A program made the position numbers and the translations under genes. The notes under the pieces are model-generated. The model saw only the letters and a program-made list of their open reading frames with translations, had not been told where the DNA came from and made no database searches. 64,000 bases of DNA from an uncultured Solirubrobacterales bacterium (GTDB lineage Bacteria; Actinomycetota; Thermoleophilia; Solirubrobacterales; Solirubrobacteraceae), in NCBI GenBank assembly GCA_963744135.1, contig CAVUSE010000009.1:37946-101945 (forward strand). Direction: 5' to 3'. Shown piece by piece: positions 28,145 to 38,531 of this stretch. Numbering within the stretch: the first letter of the stretch is position 1; every line of letters starts with the position of its first letter.

Positions 28145-28996
28145 TCATGCGAACCGCGGCTCCTCGCGCCCCGGGAACAGCTCGGGCAGGCCGTCGCTCA
28201 CCCGGTCCGGGAAGCTCGGCGGGCGCTTCTCGAGGAACGAGGCGATCCCCTCGCGCGCGTCGGCCGAGCGGCCGCGCGCGAACATCGCGCGCGAGTCGGC
28301 GCGGTGGGCCTCCATCGGGTGGGCGGCGCCCAGTCCGCTCCACAGCAGCCGCCGCGCGAGCGCCACCGACACCGGCGCAGTGTTCTGCGCGATCTCCAGC
28401 GCCAGCTCGCGCGCCACGCCGAGCAACTCGCCCTCCGGGTGCACGCTGCGCACCAGACCGCCGGCGAGCGCCTCCTGTGCGGTGAACACCCGCCCGCTCG
28501 CGACCCACTCCATCGCCTGGCTGATCCCCACGACGCGCGGCAGAAACCAGCTCGAGCACGCCTCCGGCACGATCCCGCGGCGCGTGAAGACGAAGCCGAT
28601 GCGCGCGCCCTCGGCCGCTAGGCGGATGTCCATCGGCAGCGTCATCGTGATCCCCACACCCACCGCCGGCCCGTTGATCGCCGCGATCACCGGCTTGGTC
28701 AGCTCGAAGATCCGCAACACCACCCTGCCGCCGCCGTCGCGGGGGATCTCGCCGTCCGGGCGCTCGCCGTAGTCGAAGGTGCTGCCACCCTCACCAAGGT
28801 CCATGCCGGCGCAGAATCCGCGGCCGGCCCCGGTGACGACGATCGCGCGAACCTCGTCGTCGCGATCGGCACGCTCGAACGCCTCGATCAGTTCGGCGCC
28901 CATCCCTTCGGTGAACGCGTTCAGACGCTCGGGCCGCTGCAGCGTGATCGTCAGCACGCCGTCTGCCACCTCGTAGCCGATGGTCTCGAACTCCAT
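28145..28996 (-). CDS. enoyl-CoA hydratase/isomerase (crotonase)
   Basis: FCAGMDL, KPVIAAINGPAVGVG, REGIASFLEKR; GGAG RBS before MEFETI. Confidence 0.93.
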   Translation of the reverse strand: MEFETIGYEVADGVLTITLQRPERLNAFTEGMGAELIEAFERADRDDEVRAIVVTGAGRGFCAGMDLGEGGSTFDYGERPDGEIPRDGGGRVVLRIFELTKPVIAAINGPAVGVGITMTLPMDIRLAAEGARIGFVFTRRGIVPEACSSWFLPRVVGISQAMEWVASGRVFTAQEALAGGLVRSVHPEGELLGVARELALEIAQNTAPVSVALARRLLWSGLGAAHPMEAHRADSRAMFARGRSADAREGIASFLEKRPPSFPDRVSDGLPELFPGREEPRFA

Positions 28997-29053
28997 GGTG
29001 CTCCTCTCCCGCCTCGATTTTGCGCCGGTCGCACAGCCTATCCTCCCGACCGC

Positions 29054-29131
29054 GACTTCCCGGCCGATCGCGGGTGGGTCGATTTCCCGGCCGATCGCGG
29101 GTAGGTCGACTTCCCGGCCGATCGCGGGTGG
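29054..29131. repeat. 27-bp tandem repeat x3 in a divergent promoter region
   Basis: GAYTTCCCGGCCGATCGCGGGTRGGTC units. Confidence 0.85.
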
Positions 29132-29148
29132 ATAATCACCGTCGAGTG

Positions 29149-30918
29149 ATGGGAGAGTTCGGTCGACACCTGCCACGGTGGAGCGGCGCGGTCGCGCTGC
29201 TGGCCGCTTGCGTGCTGGCGCCGAGCGCCCACGCCGTGACGATCTCCCCCCTCCCCGGAACTCCGGACGCACCCCCGCACACCCAGATCAGCTTCCTTGG
29301 CGTTCCCGCCGGCGAGATCCACCAGATCTCGGTCGTGGGCTCCCGCACCGGCTCTCACCGCGGGCAGCTGCACGGCTACGACAGCGCGCCGGGGGCGAGC
29401 TTCATCCCCAATCGAGGGTTCAGCGACGGCGAGAGCGTCCGCGTGAGCGCGCTCGTCGGCCCCTCCGGACACCCGCAGCGCGTCGACAGCAGCTTCACGA
29501 TCGCGCAGCTCGCGCACTACCACTTCACGCCGATGTCCACCAAGGCGCCGCCGGCGAAGCCGGGGATGGTGCAGAGCTTCGTCTCCCAACCAAACCTGGA
29601 GCCGCCGACGGTGTCGGTGATCACCAACACCCCGCCCGCCTCCGCGGACGATGTGTTCATCGCCGCCAACGGCAGCTATCCGCAGCGGGGCCCGATGATC
29701 TTCAACCGCGCCGGCCAGCTTGTGTGGTTCAAGCCGATTCCCGCCGGCAAAGCGGCGATGGACCTCCAGGTCGAGCGCTATCGCGGCGAACCGGTGCTGG
29801 TGTGGTGGCAGGGCTATATCGGGCTCGGCGTCGGCTTCGGCACCGACGAAATCTACGGCCAGAACTATCAGCGGATCGCTTCGGTGAATGCCGGAAACGG
29901 CTACCAGGCCGACCTCCACGACATCCAGATCACGCCGTCGGGTGCGGCCTTCATCACCGCCTACTCGGTCGTCGAGGCCAATCTCTCCTCCGTCGGGGGC
30001 GCCACGCGGGGCGCGTTGCAGGACGCGATCGTGCAGGAGGTCGACGTCAAGACCGGCCTGGTGATGTTCGAGTGGCACGCCTACGGGCACGTGGCGCTCG
30101 ATGACTCCTACTGGCCGCGCCCCGCTTCGCCCGCGACCCCGTGGGACTACTTCCACGTCAACTCGATCTCGCTCGACCCGTGGGGCGACGGCAACTTCCT
30201 GATCTCGGCGCGCAACACGTGGGCGGGGTATGAGATCGACCACAGCACCGGCCAGGTCCTGTGGCGGCTCGGCGGGCGCTACTCCAGCTTCAAGATGGAC
30301 CCTGGCACGGAGACGGCGTGGCAGCACGACATCAACTGGCAGCCCGACCACACTCTGACGCTGTTCGACAACGGCGACTCCCCGCAGGAGCACAAACAGA
30401 CGCGCATCGTCCACGAGCGGATCGACTGGAGCGACCGCACTGTGCAGCTGATCTCCCAGGCGGTGCACACGCCCTCGCTGCTGGCCAACAGCCAGGGCGA
30501 CGAGCAGCTGCTGCCGGACGGCAACTCGTTCGTCGGCTGGGGCGCTCTGCCCTACATGAGCGAATTCAGCCCCGCCGGCAAGCTGGTGTTCGACGCCCGG
30601 ATCGCCGCCCCGGGCGCGTCCTACCGCGCGTTCACCTACCCATGGACGGGCGCCCCGGCCGCTCCCCCGGCACTCGCGCTGCGGAGCGCCGGCGCGGAAG
30701 CGCTCACCGCGTATGCCAGCTGGAACGGCGCCACCGGCGTGAGCGCCTGGCAGCTGCTCGCGGGGCCCAGCCCGACCCAGCTCACAGTCGTCGCGACAGC
30801 GCCGAGCTCGGGGTTTGAGACGGCAATCGCGGCAAACAGCGCACAGCCCTACTTCGCCGTCGCCGCGCTCAATGCGGCCGGCCAGCCGCTCGCGACCTCA
30901 GCCACCCTGCCCCGCTGA
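29149..30918 (+). CDS. secreted arylsulfotransferase (ASST) family protein
   Basis: Signal peptide; DLHD, WDYFHVNSI, SARNT, WQHD, FDNG, SQG, SYRAF motifs. Confidence 0.9.
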   Translation: MGEFGRHLPRWSGAVALLAACVLAPSAHAVTISPLPGTPDAPPHTQISFLGVPAGEIHQISVVGSRTGSHRGQLHGYDSAPGASFIPNRGFSDGESVRVSALVGPSGHPQRVDSSFTIAQLAHYHFTPMSTKAPPAKPGMVQSFVSQPNLEPPTVSVITNTPPASADDVFIAANGSYPQRGPMIFNRAGQLVWFKPIPAGKAAMDLQVERYRGEPVLVWWQGYIGLGVGFGTDEIYGQNYQRIASVNAGNGYQADLHDIQITPSGAAFITAYSVVEANLSSVGGATRGALQDAIVQEVDVKTGLVMFEWHAYGHVALDDSYWPRPASPATPWDYFHVNSISLDPWGDGNFLISARNTWAGYEIDHSTGQVLWRLGGRYSSFKMDPGTETAWQHDINWQPDHTLTLFDNGDSPQEHKQTRIVHERIDWSDRTVQLISQAVHTPSLLANSQGDEQLLPDGNSFVGWGALPYMSEFSPAGKLVFDARIAAPGASYRAFTYPWTGAPAAPPALALRSAGAEALTAYASWNGATGVSAWQLLAGPSPTQLTVVATAPSSGFETAIAANSAQPYFAVAALNAAGQPLATSATLPR

Positions 30919-32267
30919 GCCGTGCGCCGGCCGGTGACGATCACACGTCCGCCGCGGGCCGGCACCAGCGTGATGTGGTGGACCTTCACCCGCTCGGACT
31001 TGGCACTGGGGGCGCGCAGCGACACGCGTTCCAGCACCGTGCGCATGATCGCCCGCATCTCCATCATCGCGAAGCTCGCCCCCACGCAGCGGCGGGCGCC
31101 GCCGCCGAAGGGGATGAACGTGTAGGGATGGGATGCCCGCCCACCCGCACTCCCCTCCAGGAAGCGCTCGGGGCGGAACGCGCCGGCGTCGGCGAAAGCG
31201 TCGGAGTGCTGCACGATTTCGATCGAGGGCATCACCGTCGCCCCCGCCGGCAGCAGCCAGCCGGCGACTTCGGCGGGCGCCGAGAGCTTGCGCCACACGG
31301 CGTCGATCACCGGGCGCACGCGCAGCGTCTCGTTGAGCACGGCATCCAGGTAACGCTCCTCCTGGCCCTCATCAAGCTCGCGCTGCAGGCGCAGATGGGC
31401 GGCCGGGTGGCGCAGCAGCCGCTCGAAGCACCACGCCAGCGCAGTCGTCGTCGTCTCGTGGCCGGCGACCAGCAGCGTGATCAGGTGGTCGCGCAGCTCC
31501 TCGTCGCTGAGGCCCTCGCCTCGCTCGTCGCGCGCCGCTAGCAGCAACGCCAGCACGTCCTCGCGGCCCTCCGGATCGGCGCGGTGGGCGGCGATCTCCT
31601 CATACAACAGCCGGTCCACCTCGGGCAGCAGCCGCAGCGTCGAGAGGCGTTTCACCGACGCATGGTCGATCAGGTGAGGGTAAGCCCACACGATCCACAT
31701 CTCCACCACGCCCACTTGCGTGACCTTGCGCAGCAGCGTTCGCAGGCGCTCCATACGCCGCTCGTCGCTGACACCTACCACGGTCTGCAGAATCACCTCC
31801 AGCGTGATCGCCTGCATGCGCGGGCGGATCGGGAACTCCTTGCCCACCGGCCAGCGGTCGACCTCGGCCGCCGCGATCTCCGCGACCCGCTCGCCGTAGG
31901 TGCGTACCGCCTCGCCGTGGAACGGGGCGCTCACCAGCCGCCGGTGGCGGATGTGGCGCTCGCCGTCGAGCGTCAGCAGCGAGTGCTTGCCCACGATCGG
32001 GCCCATCACCGCGTTGGCCTCCCCCGCGCGCAGCACCTCGCGGTCGCCGGTGAACACTTCCCTGATCGCCTCCGGCTGCGTGAGCACGACGACGTCGCCG
32101 ATGCCCAGCGGGCGCAGCGTGAAGGTGGGGCCGTAGCGCCGCTTGCAGTAACGCGAGAGCGCCCCCGGGTAGACCGCCCACAGAGCGGACTGCGCGAGCC
32201 GCGGCAGCCGCGTGCCGGGGGGCAGGCTGGGCTGGCGCCTCGTCACGGTGCTCGCTGCAGTGGCCAT
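30849..32267 (-). CDS. cytochrome P450
   Basis: AGHETT, ETLR, FRPERF, FGGGARRCVG heme motif. Confidence 0.96.
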   Translation of the reverse strand: MATAASTVTRRQPSLPPGTRLPRLAQSALWAVYPGALSRYCKRRYGPTFTLRPLGIGDVVVLTQPEAIREVFTGDREVLRAGEANAVMGPIVGKHSLLTLDGERHIRHRRLVSAPFHGEAVRTYGERVAEIAAAEVDRWPVGKEFPIRPRMQAITLEVILQTVVGVSDERRMERLRTLLRKVTQVGVVEMWIVWAYPHLIDHASVKRLSTLRLLPEVDRLLYEEIAAHRADPEGREDVLALLLAARDERGEGLSDEELRDHLITLLVAGHETTTTALAWCFERLLRHPAAHLRLQRELDEGQEERYLDAVLNETLRVRPVIDAVWRKLSAPAEVAGWLLPAGATVMPSIEIVQHSDAFADAGAFRPERFLEGSAGGRASHPYTFIPFGGGARRCVGASFAMMEMRAIMRTVLERVSLRAPSAKSERVKVHHITLVPARGGRVIVTGRRTAQRGRVAEVASGWPAALSAATAK

Positions 32268-32288
32268 CCCTCACATCTTGGCAGAGCC

Positions 32289-33311
32289 CTACCCCACCAG
32301 CTCCAACAGCGGCTCGCACAGCGCGGGCGGCGCGACAAGGATCCCCCAGGGGAGATCCTCGTGCTCCGGCAGCTCGACCACGCGCAGCCCCACCGTTTCG
32401 CACAGCAGCGTCCCCGCGGCGATGTCCCACGGCTTGACGGTGCGCTCGAAGTAGGCGTCGTAGCGGCCCGCCGCGGTCCACGCGAGGTCGAGCGCGGCGC
32501 TGCCGAAGCGGCGGATGTCGCGCACGCGCGGGATCACGTTCGCGAGCACCTGCGCCTGCGCAGCGCGTACGCGCGCGTCGTAGGCGAAGCCGGTCGCGAC
32601 CATCGCGCTCGCCAGGTCGCTCGAGCGGGGGCGCAGCGCGTGCGCGTCCCCCAACTCGATCGTCTCCTCTGGTCCTGTGAGCGTCGCGCGGACACCCCCC
32701 AACTCGGCCCTCCCCGACGGTCCCGTCATGAGCGTCGCGCGGACACCCCCCAACTCGGCCCTCCCCGACGGTCCCGTCGTGAGCGTCGCACGGGCACCTC
32801 GCGCCGCGCTGAACAGCTGTTCGCGACTCGGGTCGTGGATCGCGCCCGCGAGGATCGTCCCCCCCGCATCGCGCACCGCCACGCTCACACACCACTGCGG
32901 GAGCCCGAACAGGAAGTTGACGGTGCCGTCGAGCGGGTCCACCACCCAGCTCAGCCCACTCGTGCCCTGCACGTGGTCTCCCTCCTCCCCCACGAAGCCG
33001 TCGTCCGGACGCAGCGCGGCAAGCAGCTCGCGGATCGCCCGCTCGGAGGCGAGATCGGCCTCGCTCACCAGATCGGTGGGGGTGCTCTTGCTGCTCACCT
33101 CCCGCTCGGCGCCGTCGCGCACGCGATCGGCCAGCAGCGCGCCCCCGTGCCTCGCCGCTTCGACCGCGACCTCCAACAGCTCGTCGGCACGCGGCGGCTC
33201 GGCCTGGATGAGTCCAGCAGGTGTGGGCTCGGCCGGGGTGAGCCCAGCAGGTGTGGGCTCGGGCGGCGAACCGACCGGCGGCCGCGCTTGGCGGGCGGGA
33301 GCGTCGCTCAC
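32289..33311 (-). CDS. suhB: inositol monophosphatase family protein with repeat insertions
   Basis: GEEG, WVVDPLDGTVNF, RRFGSAALD, WDIAAG; GTG overlaps the amidase stop. Confidence 0.88.
   Translation of the reverse strand: MSDAPARQARPPVGSPPEPTPAGLTPAEPTPAGLIQAEPPRADELLEVAVEAARHGGALLADRVRDGAEREVSSKSTPTDLVSEADLASERAIRELLAALRPDDGFVGEEGDHVQGTSGLSWVVDPLDGTVNFLFGLPQWCVSVAVRDAGGTILAGAIHDPSREQLFSAARGARATLTTGPSGRAELGGVRATLMTGPSGRAELGGVRATLTGPEETIELGDAHALRPRSSDLASAMVATGFAYDARVRAAQAQVLANVIPRVRDIRRFGSAALDLAWTAAGRYDAYFERTVKPWDIAAGTLLCETVGLRVVELPEHEDLPWGILVAPPALCEPLLELVG
32677..32789. repeat. in-frame 51-bp tandem duplication within the IMPase gene
   Basis: TGPSGRAELGGVRATL occurs twice. Confidence 0.9.
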
Positions 33312-34729
33312 GAGAACCCGGGCGGGCGATGCTGCTCCCACGGGCGCTCGGCCTCGACCTGGCCGGCGAGCGAGATCAGCGTCGCCTCGTCGTCGGGCCG
33401 GCCGACCAGCTGCACGGCGAGCGGCAGGTGGTCGGCGTCGTCGGTGAAGCCCGTGGGAATCGAGACTGCCGGCTGACCCGTGGCGTTCCAGGTGCCGAGG
33501 AACGGGATCAGGCGTGTGCCGCCGAACATCGTCTGCACCATCCCGCGCCCCTCGAACTCGCCGATGCACAGGGCGGGGCGGGCGGTGCAGGGGAGCAGCA
33601 GCGCGTCGCAGTCGCTGAGCACCCGCCCCACACGCGCGTTCAACGTCGCTTCGGAGGCGAGCGCGCGCGCGATGCCCTTGGCGCCGACCAGCTCGCCAGC
33701 ACGGACGATGTGGCGGCTGCGGCGCTCCATGCGCTCGACGTGGCCGATGTCGGTCGCCGACTCGTAGGCGCCGCGCAGGTAGCGCGCTATCAGATGGGGA
33801 CCCAGCCATGGGGGGTAGTCGGGGTCGCGCTCGACGAGCTCGTGGCCGAGCGAGCGCAGCAGCTCGACGGCCTGCTCGTGGGCGCGCAGCACGCGCGCAT
33901 CGAGCGGCTGCGGCAGGATCGGCTTGGTCGAGAACGCGATCCGCAGGGGATCAGGTGCCCGCCCACCCGCCCCCCCACCCCGCGCGGCGGCCTCGCCGAA
34001 GCTGCCCTGCGCGGGCGGCGTCTGCGCGGTGACGTCTAGGAACAGCGCCGCGTCGCGCACGTTGCGCGCGATCGGCCCGTACACAGCGAGGCCGTGCCAC
34101 CCGTACAGCTGCTCGGTGTGGGGGGCGAGGGAGATGCGGTGGCGCTGGGGCTTGATCCCGAACAGGCCGCAGAAGCTGGAAGGGATGCGAATCGAGCCGA
34201 GGCCGTCGGAGCCGAGCGCGGCGCCGACCAGGCCGGCGGCGACCGCCGCGCCCGAGCCGCCCGAGGAGCCCCCAGGGGTGTGCTCGAGGTTCCAGGGGTT
34301 GCGCGTGATGCCGAAGGTGGGGGTCTCGGTGAACGGCCACAGCGTCAGCTCGGGCACGTTGGTCTTGCCGAGCACGATCGCGCCGGCCTCGCGCAGACGG
34401 CGCACGACCTCCTGATCGGCGCTCGCGACCCGCTCGGCCGCGCGCGTCCCGTAGGAGGTGACCTCGCCGACCACGTCGGTGTCGTCCTTGATCGCGATCG
34501 GCACCCCCAGCAGCGGACGCTCCCCGCCGGCCCCGCGCCGGGCGTCGGCCTGGTCGGCTTCGAGCAGCGCGCGTTCGGCGAACACCGTCTTGTAGGCGTT
34601 CAGCTGCTTGTCATAACGCTCGATCCGGCCGAGGTAGAGCTCGACGAGCTCGCGCGAGGAGATCTCCCCCGCGGCGATCAGCTCCGCCTGGCGGGCAATC
34701 CCGGCGAAGGCTAGGTCGGCGGCGTCCAT
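33308..34729 (-). CDS. amidase signature family enzyme
   Basis: GVPIAIKD, GKTNVPE, PGGSSGGS, GSDGLGSIRIP. Confidence 0.95.
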   Translation of the reverse strand: MDAADLAFAGIARQAELIAAGEISSRELVELYLGRIERYDKQLNAYKTVFAERALLEADQADARRGAGGERPLLGVPIAIKDDTDVVGEVTSYGTRAAERVASADQEVVRRLREAGAIVLGKTNVPELTLWPFTETPTFGITRNPWNLEHTPGGSSGGSGAAVAAGLVGAALGSDGLGSIRIPSSFCGLFGIKPQRHRISLAPHTEQLYGWHGLAVYGPIARNVRDAALFLDVTAQTPPAQGSFGEAAARGGGAGGRAPDPLRIAFSTKPILPQPLDARVLRAHEQAVELLRSLGHELVERDPDYPPWLGPHLIARYLRGAYESATDIGHVERMERRSRHIVRAGELVGAKGIARALASEATLNARVGRVLSDCDALLLPCTARPALCIGEFEGRGMVQTMFGGTRLIPFLGTWNATGQPAVSIPTGFTDDADHLPLAVQLVGRPDDEATLISLAGQVEAERPWEQHRPPGFS

Positions 34730-34844
34730 CCAGGGCATCCTGACAGAAGCCGCGAGCAGGGAGAGGATGGGAAGTGATCAAAACGATGCAAACCACTTCA
34801 CAAAATGAAGGGTTGGGGCCCGAAAAAAACACATACAACCCCAC

Positions 34845-34957
34845 CCGTCGACGAGCGCCCCCACCCGCGGACGCCAACCAGCCCGTCGGCGAGCGCCCCC
34901 ACCCGCGGACGCCAACCAGCCCGTCGGCGAGCGCCCCACCCGCGGAGGCCAACCAGC
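34845..34957. repeat. 38-bp tandem repeat x3 downstream of the carboxylase gene
   Basis: CCGTCGRCGAGCGCCCCCACCCGCGGACGCCAACCAGC units. Confidence 0.85.
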
Positions 34958-36555
34958 TAAACCGGGGTGATCGGGTTATTCCGCGCCGGCCATTCACGGC
35001 GGCGCTCGGCCGCCAGCGCGAAGCGGCGGATCAGCTCGGGGCGCAGGTCGTCGGGCTCGATCACCGCGTCCACGACCATTTCGGAGGCGAGGTGCAGGAT
35101 GTCGATGTCGGCGGCGTACTCCGCCCGCAGGCGCTCGGTCTCGGCGGCGCGCTCGGCCTCGTCGGCGATCGCCTGCAGCTGGTTGTAGTAGACGGCGTTG
35201 ATCGCCGCCTGCGGCCCCATTACCGCGATCGAGGCACTCGGCAAGGCGATGCAGCAGTCGGGGTCGAACGCCGGCCCCGCCATCGCGTATAGCCCGGCGC
35301 CGTACGCCTTGCGCACGACCACCGAGATCTTTGGCACGGTCGCTTCGCTGACGGCGCTGATCATCTTCGCGCCGTGGCGGATGATCCCCTGGCGCTCGAC
35401 CTGGGTGCCGATCATGAAGCCGGGCACGTCGGCGAGGAACAGCAGCGGCACGTTGAAGGCGTTGCACATCCAGATGAAGCGCGCGGCCTTGTCGGCGGAG
35501 TCGACGAACAGCACGCCCCCCTTCACCTTCGGCTGGTTGGCGACGATCCCGACGGGCCGGCCCTCCAGGCGCGCGAAGCCGACGATCAGCTCCTTCGCCC
35601 AGCGCGCGTGGATCTCCATGAAGGAGTCGGCGTCGAGCAGCGCGTCGAGCAGCAGCTTCATGTCGAACGGCTTGTTCTCATCGGCGGGGATCAGCTCGCC
35701 GATCGGGGTGTGGGAGGCCGGGGCGAGCGGTGAGGCGGCGAGCCTGGTGGCGCCCTCGGTGTTGGGAGGGGGGGAGGAGGAGGGGCTGTTTGCGGCAGAC
35801 CCGGCCGGGGCGAGCGAGGGTGGGGCCTGCTCGAAGTTGCCCGGCAGATAGGAGAGGTAGCGCACTGCTGCATCGATCCCCTCCGCGTCGCTGGCCACCA
35901 GCACATGCCCGCAGCCGCTCACACCCGTGTGCATCCGTGCGCCGCCCATCTCCTCGAGCGTGACGTCCTCGCCGATCACCATCTGCGCCATCCGCGGCGA
36001 GCCGAGGTACATCGAGGCGTTGCCGTCGCGCATGATCACGATGTCGCAGAACGCCGGGATGTAGGCGCCGCCGGCGGCGGAGGGACCGAACAGCACACAC
36101 ACCTGCGGCACGAGGCCGGAGAGCTTCACCTGGTTGTGGAAGATCCTCCCCGCCCCTCTCCGCCCGGGGAACATCTGCACCTGCTCGGTGATCCGCGCCC
36201 CCGCGGAGTCCACCAGGTACACCATCGGCACCCGCAGCTGCAGCGCGCGTTCCTGCACGCGCAGGATCTTCTCGACCGTCTTCGGGCCCCACGAGCCGGC
36301 CTTCACGGTCGGGTCGTTGGCCATCAGCGCGACAGGACGCCCGCCGATCCGCCCGAGGCCGGTCACCACGCCATCCGCCCCCAACCCCTCCTCCTGCCAG
36401 TTGGCCAGCAGCGCCTCCTCAGCGAACGTGCCGGGATCGAGCAGCCGCGCCACGCGCTCGCGCACCGGCAGCTTGCCCTGCTCCTTCGCCTTCTCGTGGT
36501 GGCGCTCGGGGCCGCCCCGCAGGGCACGCTCGGCGGCGCCGCTCAGGGCGCTCAC
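34957..36555 (-). CDS. acyl-CoA carboxylase beta (carboxyltransferase) subunit
   Basis: DSAGARI, GPSAAGGAY, DSADKAARF, DVPGFMIG, RKAYGAG. Confidence 0.95.
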   Translation of the reverse strand: MSALSGAAERALRGGPERHHEKAKEQGKLPVRERVARLLDPGTFAEEALLANWQEEGLGADGVVTGLGRIGGRPVALMANDPTVKAGSWGPKTVEKILRVQERALQLRVPMVYLVDSAGARITEQVQMFPGRRGAGRIFHNQVKLSGLVPQVCVLFGPSAAGGAYIPAFCDIVIMRDGNASMYLGSPRMAQMVIGEDVTLEEMGGARMHTGVSGCGHVLVASDAEGIDAAVRYLSYLPGNFEQAPPSLAPAGSAANSPSSSPPPNTEGATRLAASPLAPASHTPIGELIPADENKPFDMKLLLDALLDADSFMEIHARWAKELIVGFARLEGRPVGIVANQPKVKGGVLFVDSADKAARFIWMCNAFNVPLLFLADVPGFMIGTQVERQGIIRHGAKMISAVSEATVPKISVVVRKAYGAGLYAMAGPAFDPDCCIALPSASIAVMGPQAAINAVYYNQLQAIADEAERAAETERLRAEYAADIDILHLASEMVVDAVIEPDDLRPELIRRFALAAERRREWPARNNPITPV

Positions 36556-36563
36556 AGGCGGAT

Positions 36564-36672
36564 GAGCCCTCCGCGCCGGGGGAGCACCGCGAGACAACAG
36601 AGCCCTCCGCGCCGGGGGAGCACCGCGAGACGACGGAGCCCTCCGAGCCAGAGCCCTCCGCAACGGGGGAGC
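36564..36672. repeat. 36-bp tandem repeat with partial copies, intergenic
   Basis: GAGCCCTCCGCGCCGGGGGAGCACCGCGAGAC units. Confidence 0.85.
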
Positions 36673-36679
36673 GCTGCGC

Positions 36680-37186
36680 TCACGGACGCGGCGGGAGGGT
36701 GGGCCACCAATTCTTCCGGTGGCGACGGCGCCCGCGCGCGAGGTTGCGTTCGTGGCGCGCCTGCTGCCTGGCTTCGACCAGTTCGAGGTCGGAGGCAGGC
36801 CCGAACAGCCGCCAGGCGTCGCGCACGACCGGCAGCAGCGTCACGCCGATCACCCACCCCGGCCAGAACTCGGCCGGCGGGCCGCTCGCCAGCCAGATGC
36901 CGACGCTCAGCGCCGACACACCCACCGAGCCGCCCGCCTCCTGCGCGAGGCGACGACGCAGATGCGACTTGCGCTTGACCAACGCGCGCTTCACCGAGGT
37001 CGAGCTGACCGGCAGATCGGCGCGCAGCACGTCGAGGTCGGCGCGCGTCGAGGCCCTGTACGCCTCGCCGACGCGATCCTCCAGCTCCTCGGAGGTCAGC
37101 CGCCCCGCGCCGGCGTGCTCGCGCAGCTCATCGATCAGCTGCTCACGCTCATCGTCGGCGACGCGCAGCTTCGACAGGTCGCTCAT
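36680..37186 (-). CDS. DUF1707 (SHOCT-like) membrane protein
   Basis: LRVADDERE..LREH..GRL..EELEDR..ADL...RADLP; FWPGW TM segment. Confidence 0.88.
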   Translation of the reverse strand: MSDLSKLRVADDEREQLIDELREHAGAGRLTSEELEDRVGEAYRASTRADLDVLRADLPVSSTSVKRALVKRKSHLRRRLAQEAGGSVGVSALSVGIWLASGPPAEFWPGWVIGVTLLPVVRDAWRLFGPASDLELVEARQQARHERNLARGRRRHRKNWWPTLPPRP

Positions 37187-37376
37187 ACCTTGAATGTAAC
37201 CGACAACGTCCACTCGCGGATGATTCCTGCTGATTAATCAACGTTCCTGTTGATCAATCAATAGTCGTAGGAAAGAAACGTGCGGGGCGGCTCCTCCTCC
37301 GGGGCGGCTCCTCCTCGCTACACGAGGGTGATCGCCTCTTCGATTTAGGTGGGACGGCTCGTCGGGCATGGCTGCC

Positions 37377-38262
37377 CTACAAAGCCGGGTTGGGCTCAGG
37401 CTCCGCGCTGGCGTAGGTGTAGAAGCCCGTCCCCGACTTGCGCCCCAACCAGCCTGCCGAGAGCATCTTGCGCAGCGTCGGGGGGCAGGCGAAGCGCCGT
37501 TCGCTGAACTCCTCCAGCAGCACGTCGCAGATCGCGCCGAGCGTGTCCAGCCCGACGAAGTCGGAGAGCAGCAGCGGGCCCCATCGGGTGGCCGGCGCCG
37601 GCCTTCATCGCGGCGTCGATCTCGACCACCGAGCCGACCTGCTCTTCCAGCGCGCGGATCGCGTCGAGCATGTACGGCACCAGCAGGCGGTTGACGATGA
37701 ACCCCGCTTTGTCGCGCGTGGGGATCGCCAGCTTGCCCTCCGAGCCGATGAACTCCAGCGCGGTATCGAGCGTCTCCTGCGAGGTGGTCACGCAGCGCAC
37801 GACCTCGACCAGCTGCATCACCTGCGCCGGATTGAAGTAGTGCAGCCCGACGAACTGCTCCGCGCGCGAGGTCGTCGCCGCCTGGTCGATCACCGCGAGC
37901 GAGGAGGTGTTGGTCGCGAAGATCGCCTGCGGCTTGACGATCGCATCGACCTCGCGCCACATCTCGAGCTTCAGCGGCAGGCTCTCGGTGATCGCCTCGA
38001 TCACGAGGTCGCAGTCGGCCAGATCGCGGTAGTCGACCGTGCCATGGATGCGACCCCGAACCGCGTCGGCATCCTCCTGGGAGCTCTTGCCCTTCTCCAC
38101 CGCGCGCGCCAGCTGCTTCTCGATCTTGCCGATCCCCTTTGCGAGCGTCGCCTCGTCCACCTCGCGCAGCACCACCGCGTAGCCGGCCTGCGCGGCCACC
38201 TGGGCGATGCCGTGGCCCATCAGCCCCGCTCCGAGCACTCCCACCTTCTCGATCTGCGCCAT
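37377..38262 (-). CDS. 3-hydroxyacyl(butyryl)-CoA dehydrogenase with an apparent +1 indel near 37577
   Basis: GAGLMG, EAITE, TNTSS, GLHYFNP, GFIVNRL. C-terminus (LSDFVGLD..GRKSGTGFY) lies in another frame after a G/C run. Confidence 0.9.
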
Positions 38263-38531
38263 CGTTATGAACCTCCGCTCGCTCACTCCAGTTGTGTGTG
38301 AAGGAGCGGGAGCCTACCGGGAAGGGTGGGATGCGAGCAGAGCACCCGGCGACCCCTGGGCGCTGCAGGCGATGTCTTTGGCGACCCGATGTGGCGCCGG
38401 CGATACCCGCGAAACTGGTGCGTGGCATGGGTCTCCCCTGTGCGGGCCAAACATTTTTGCCAAACATTGGGAAGGTTTGGCCAACTTTGGAGTCTCCTTC
38501 GGATAAAGCCCCGACCAGAGGAGGCATCTTT

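Noticed and set aside
30849..30918. 70-bp convergent overlap of the ASST and P450 genes
   Set aside because: Likely stop-codon drift in GC-rich DNA; no evidence of function.
31584..33476. 630-aa plus-strand ORF and similar long antisense ORFs
   Set aside because: Antisense shadows of well-supported genes, expected at high GC.
34845..36672. Tandem repeats (also 27541, 29054) as possible CRISPR arrays
   Set aside because: Units abut with no unique spacers, and no cas genes are in the window.
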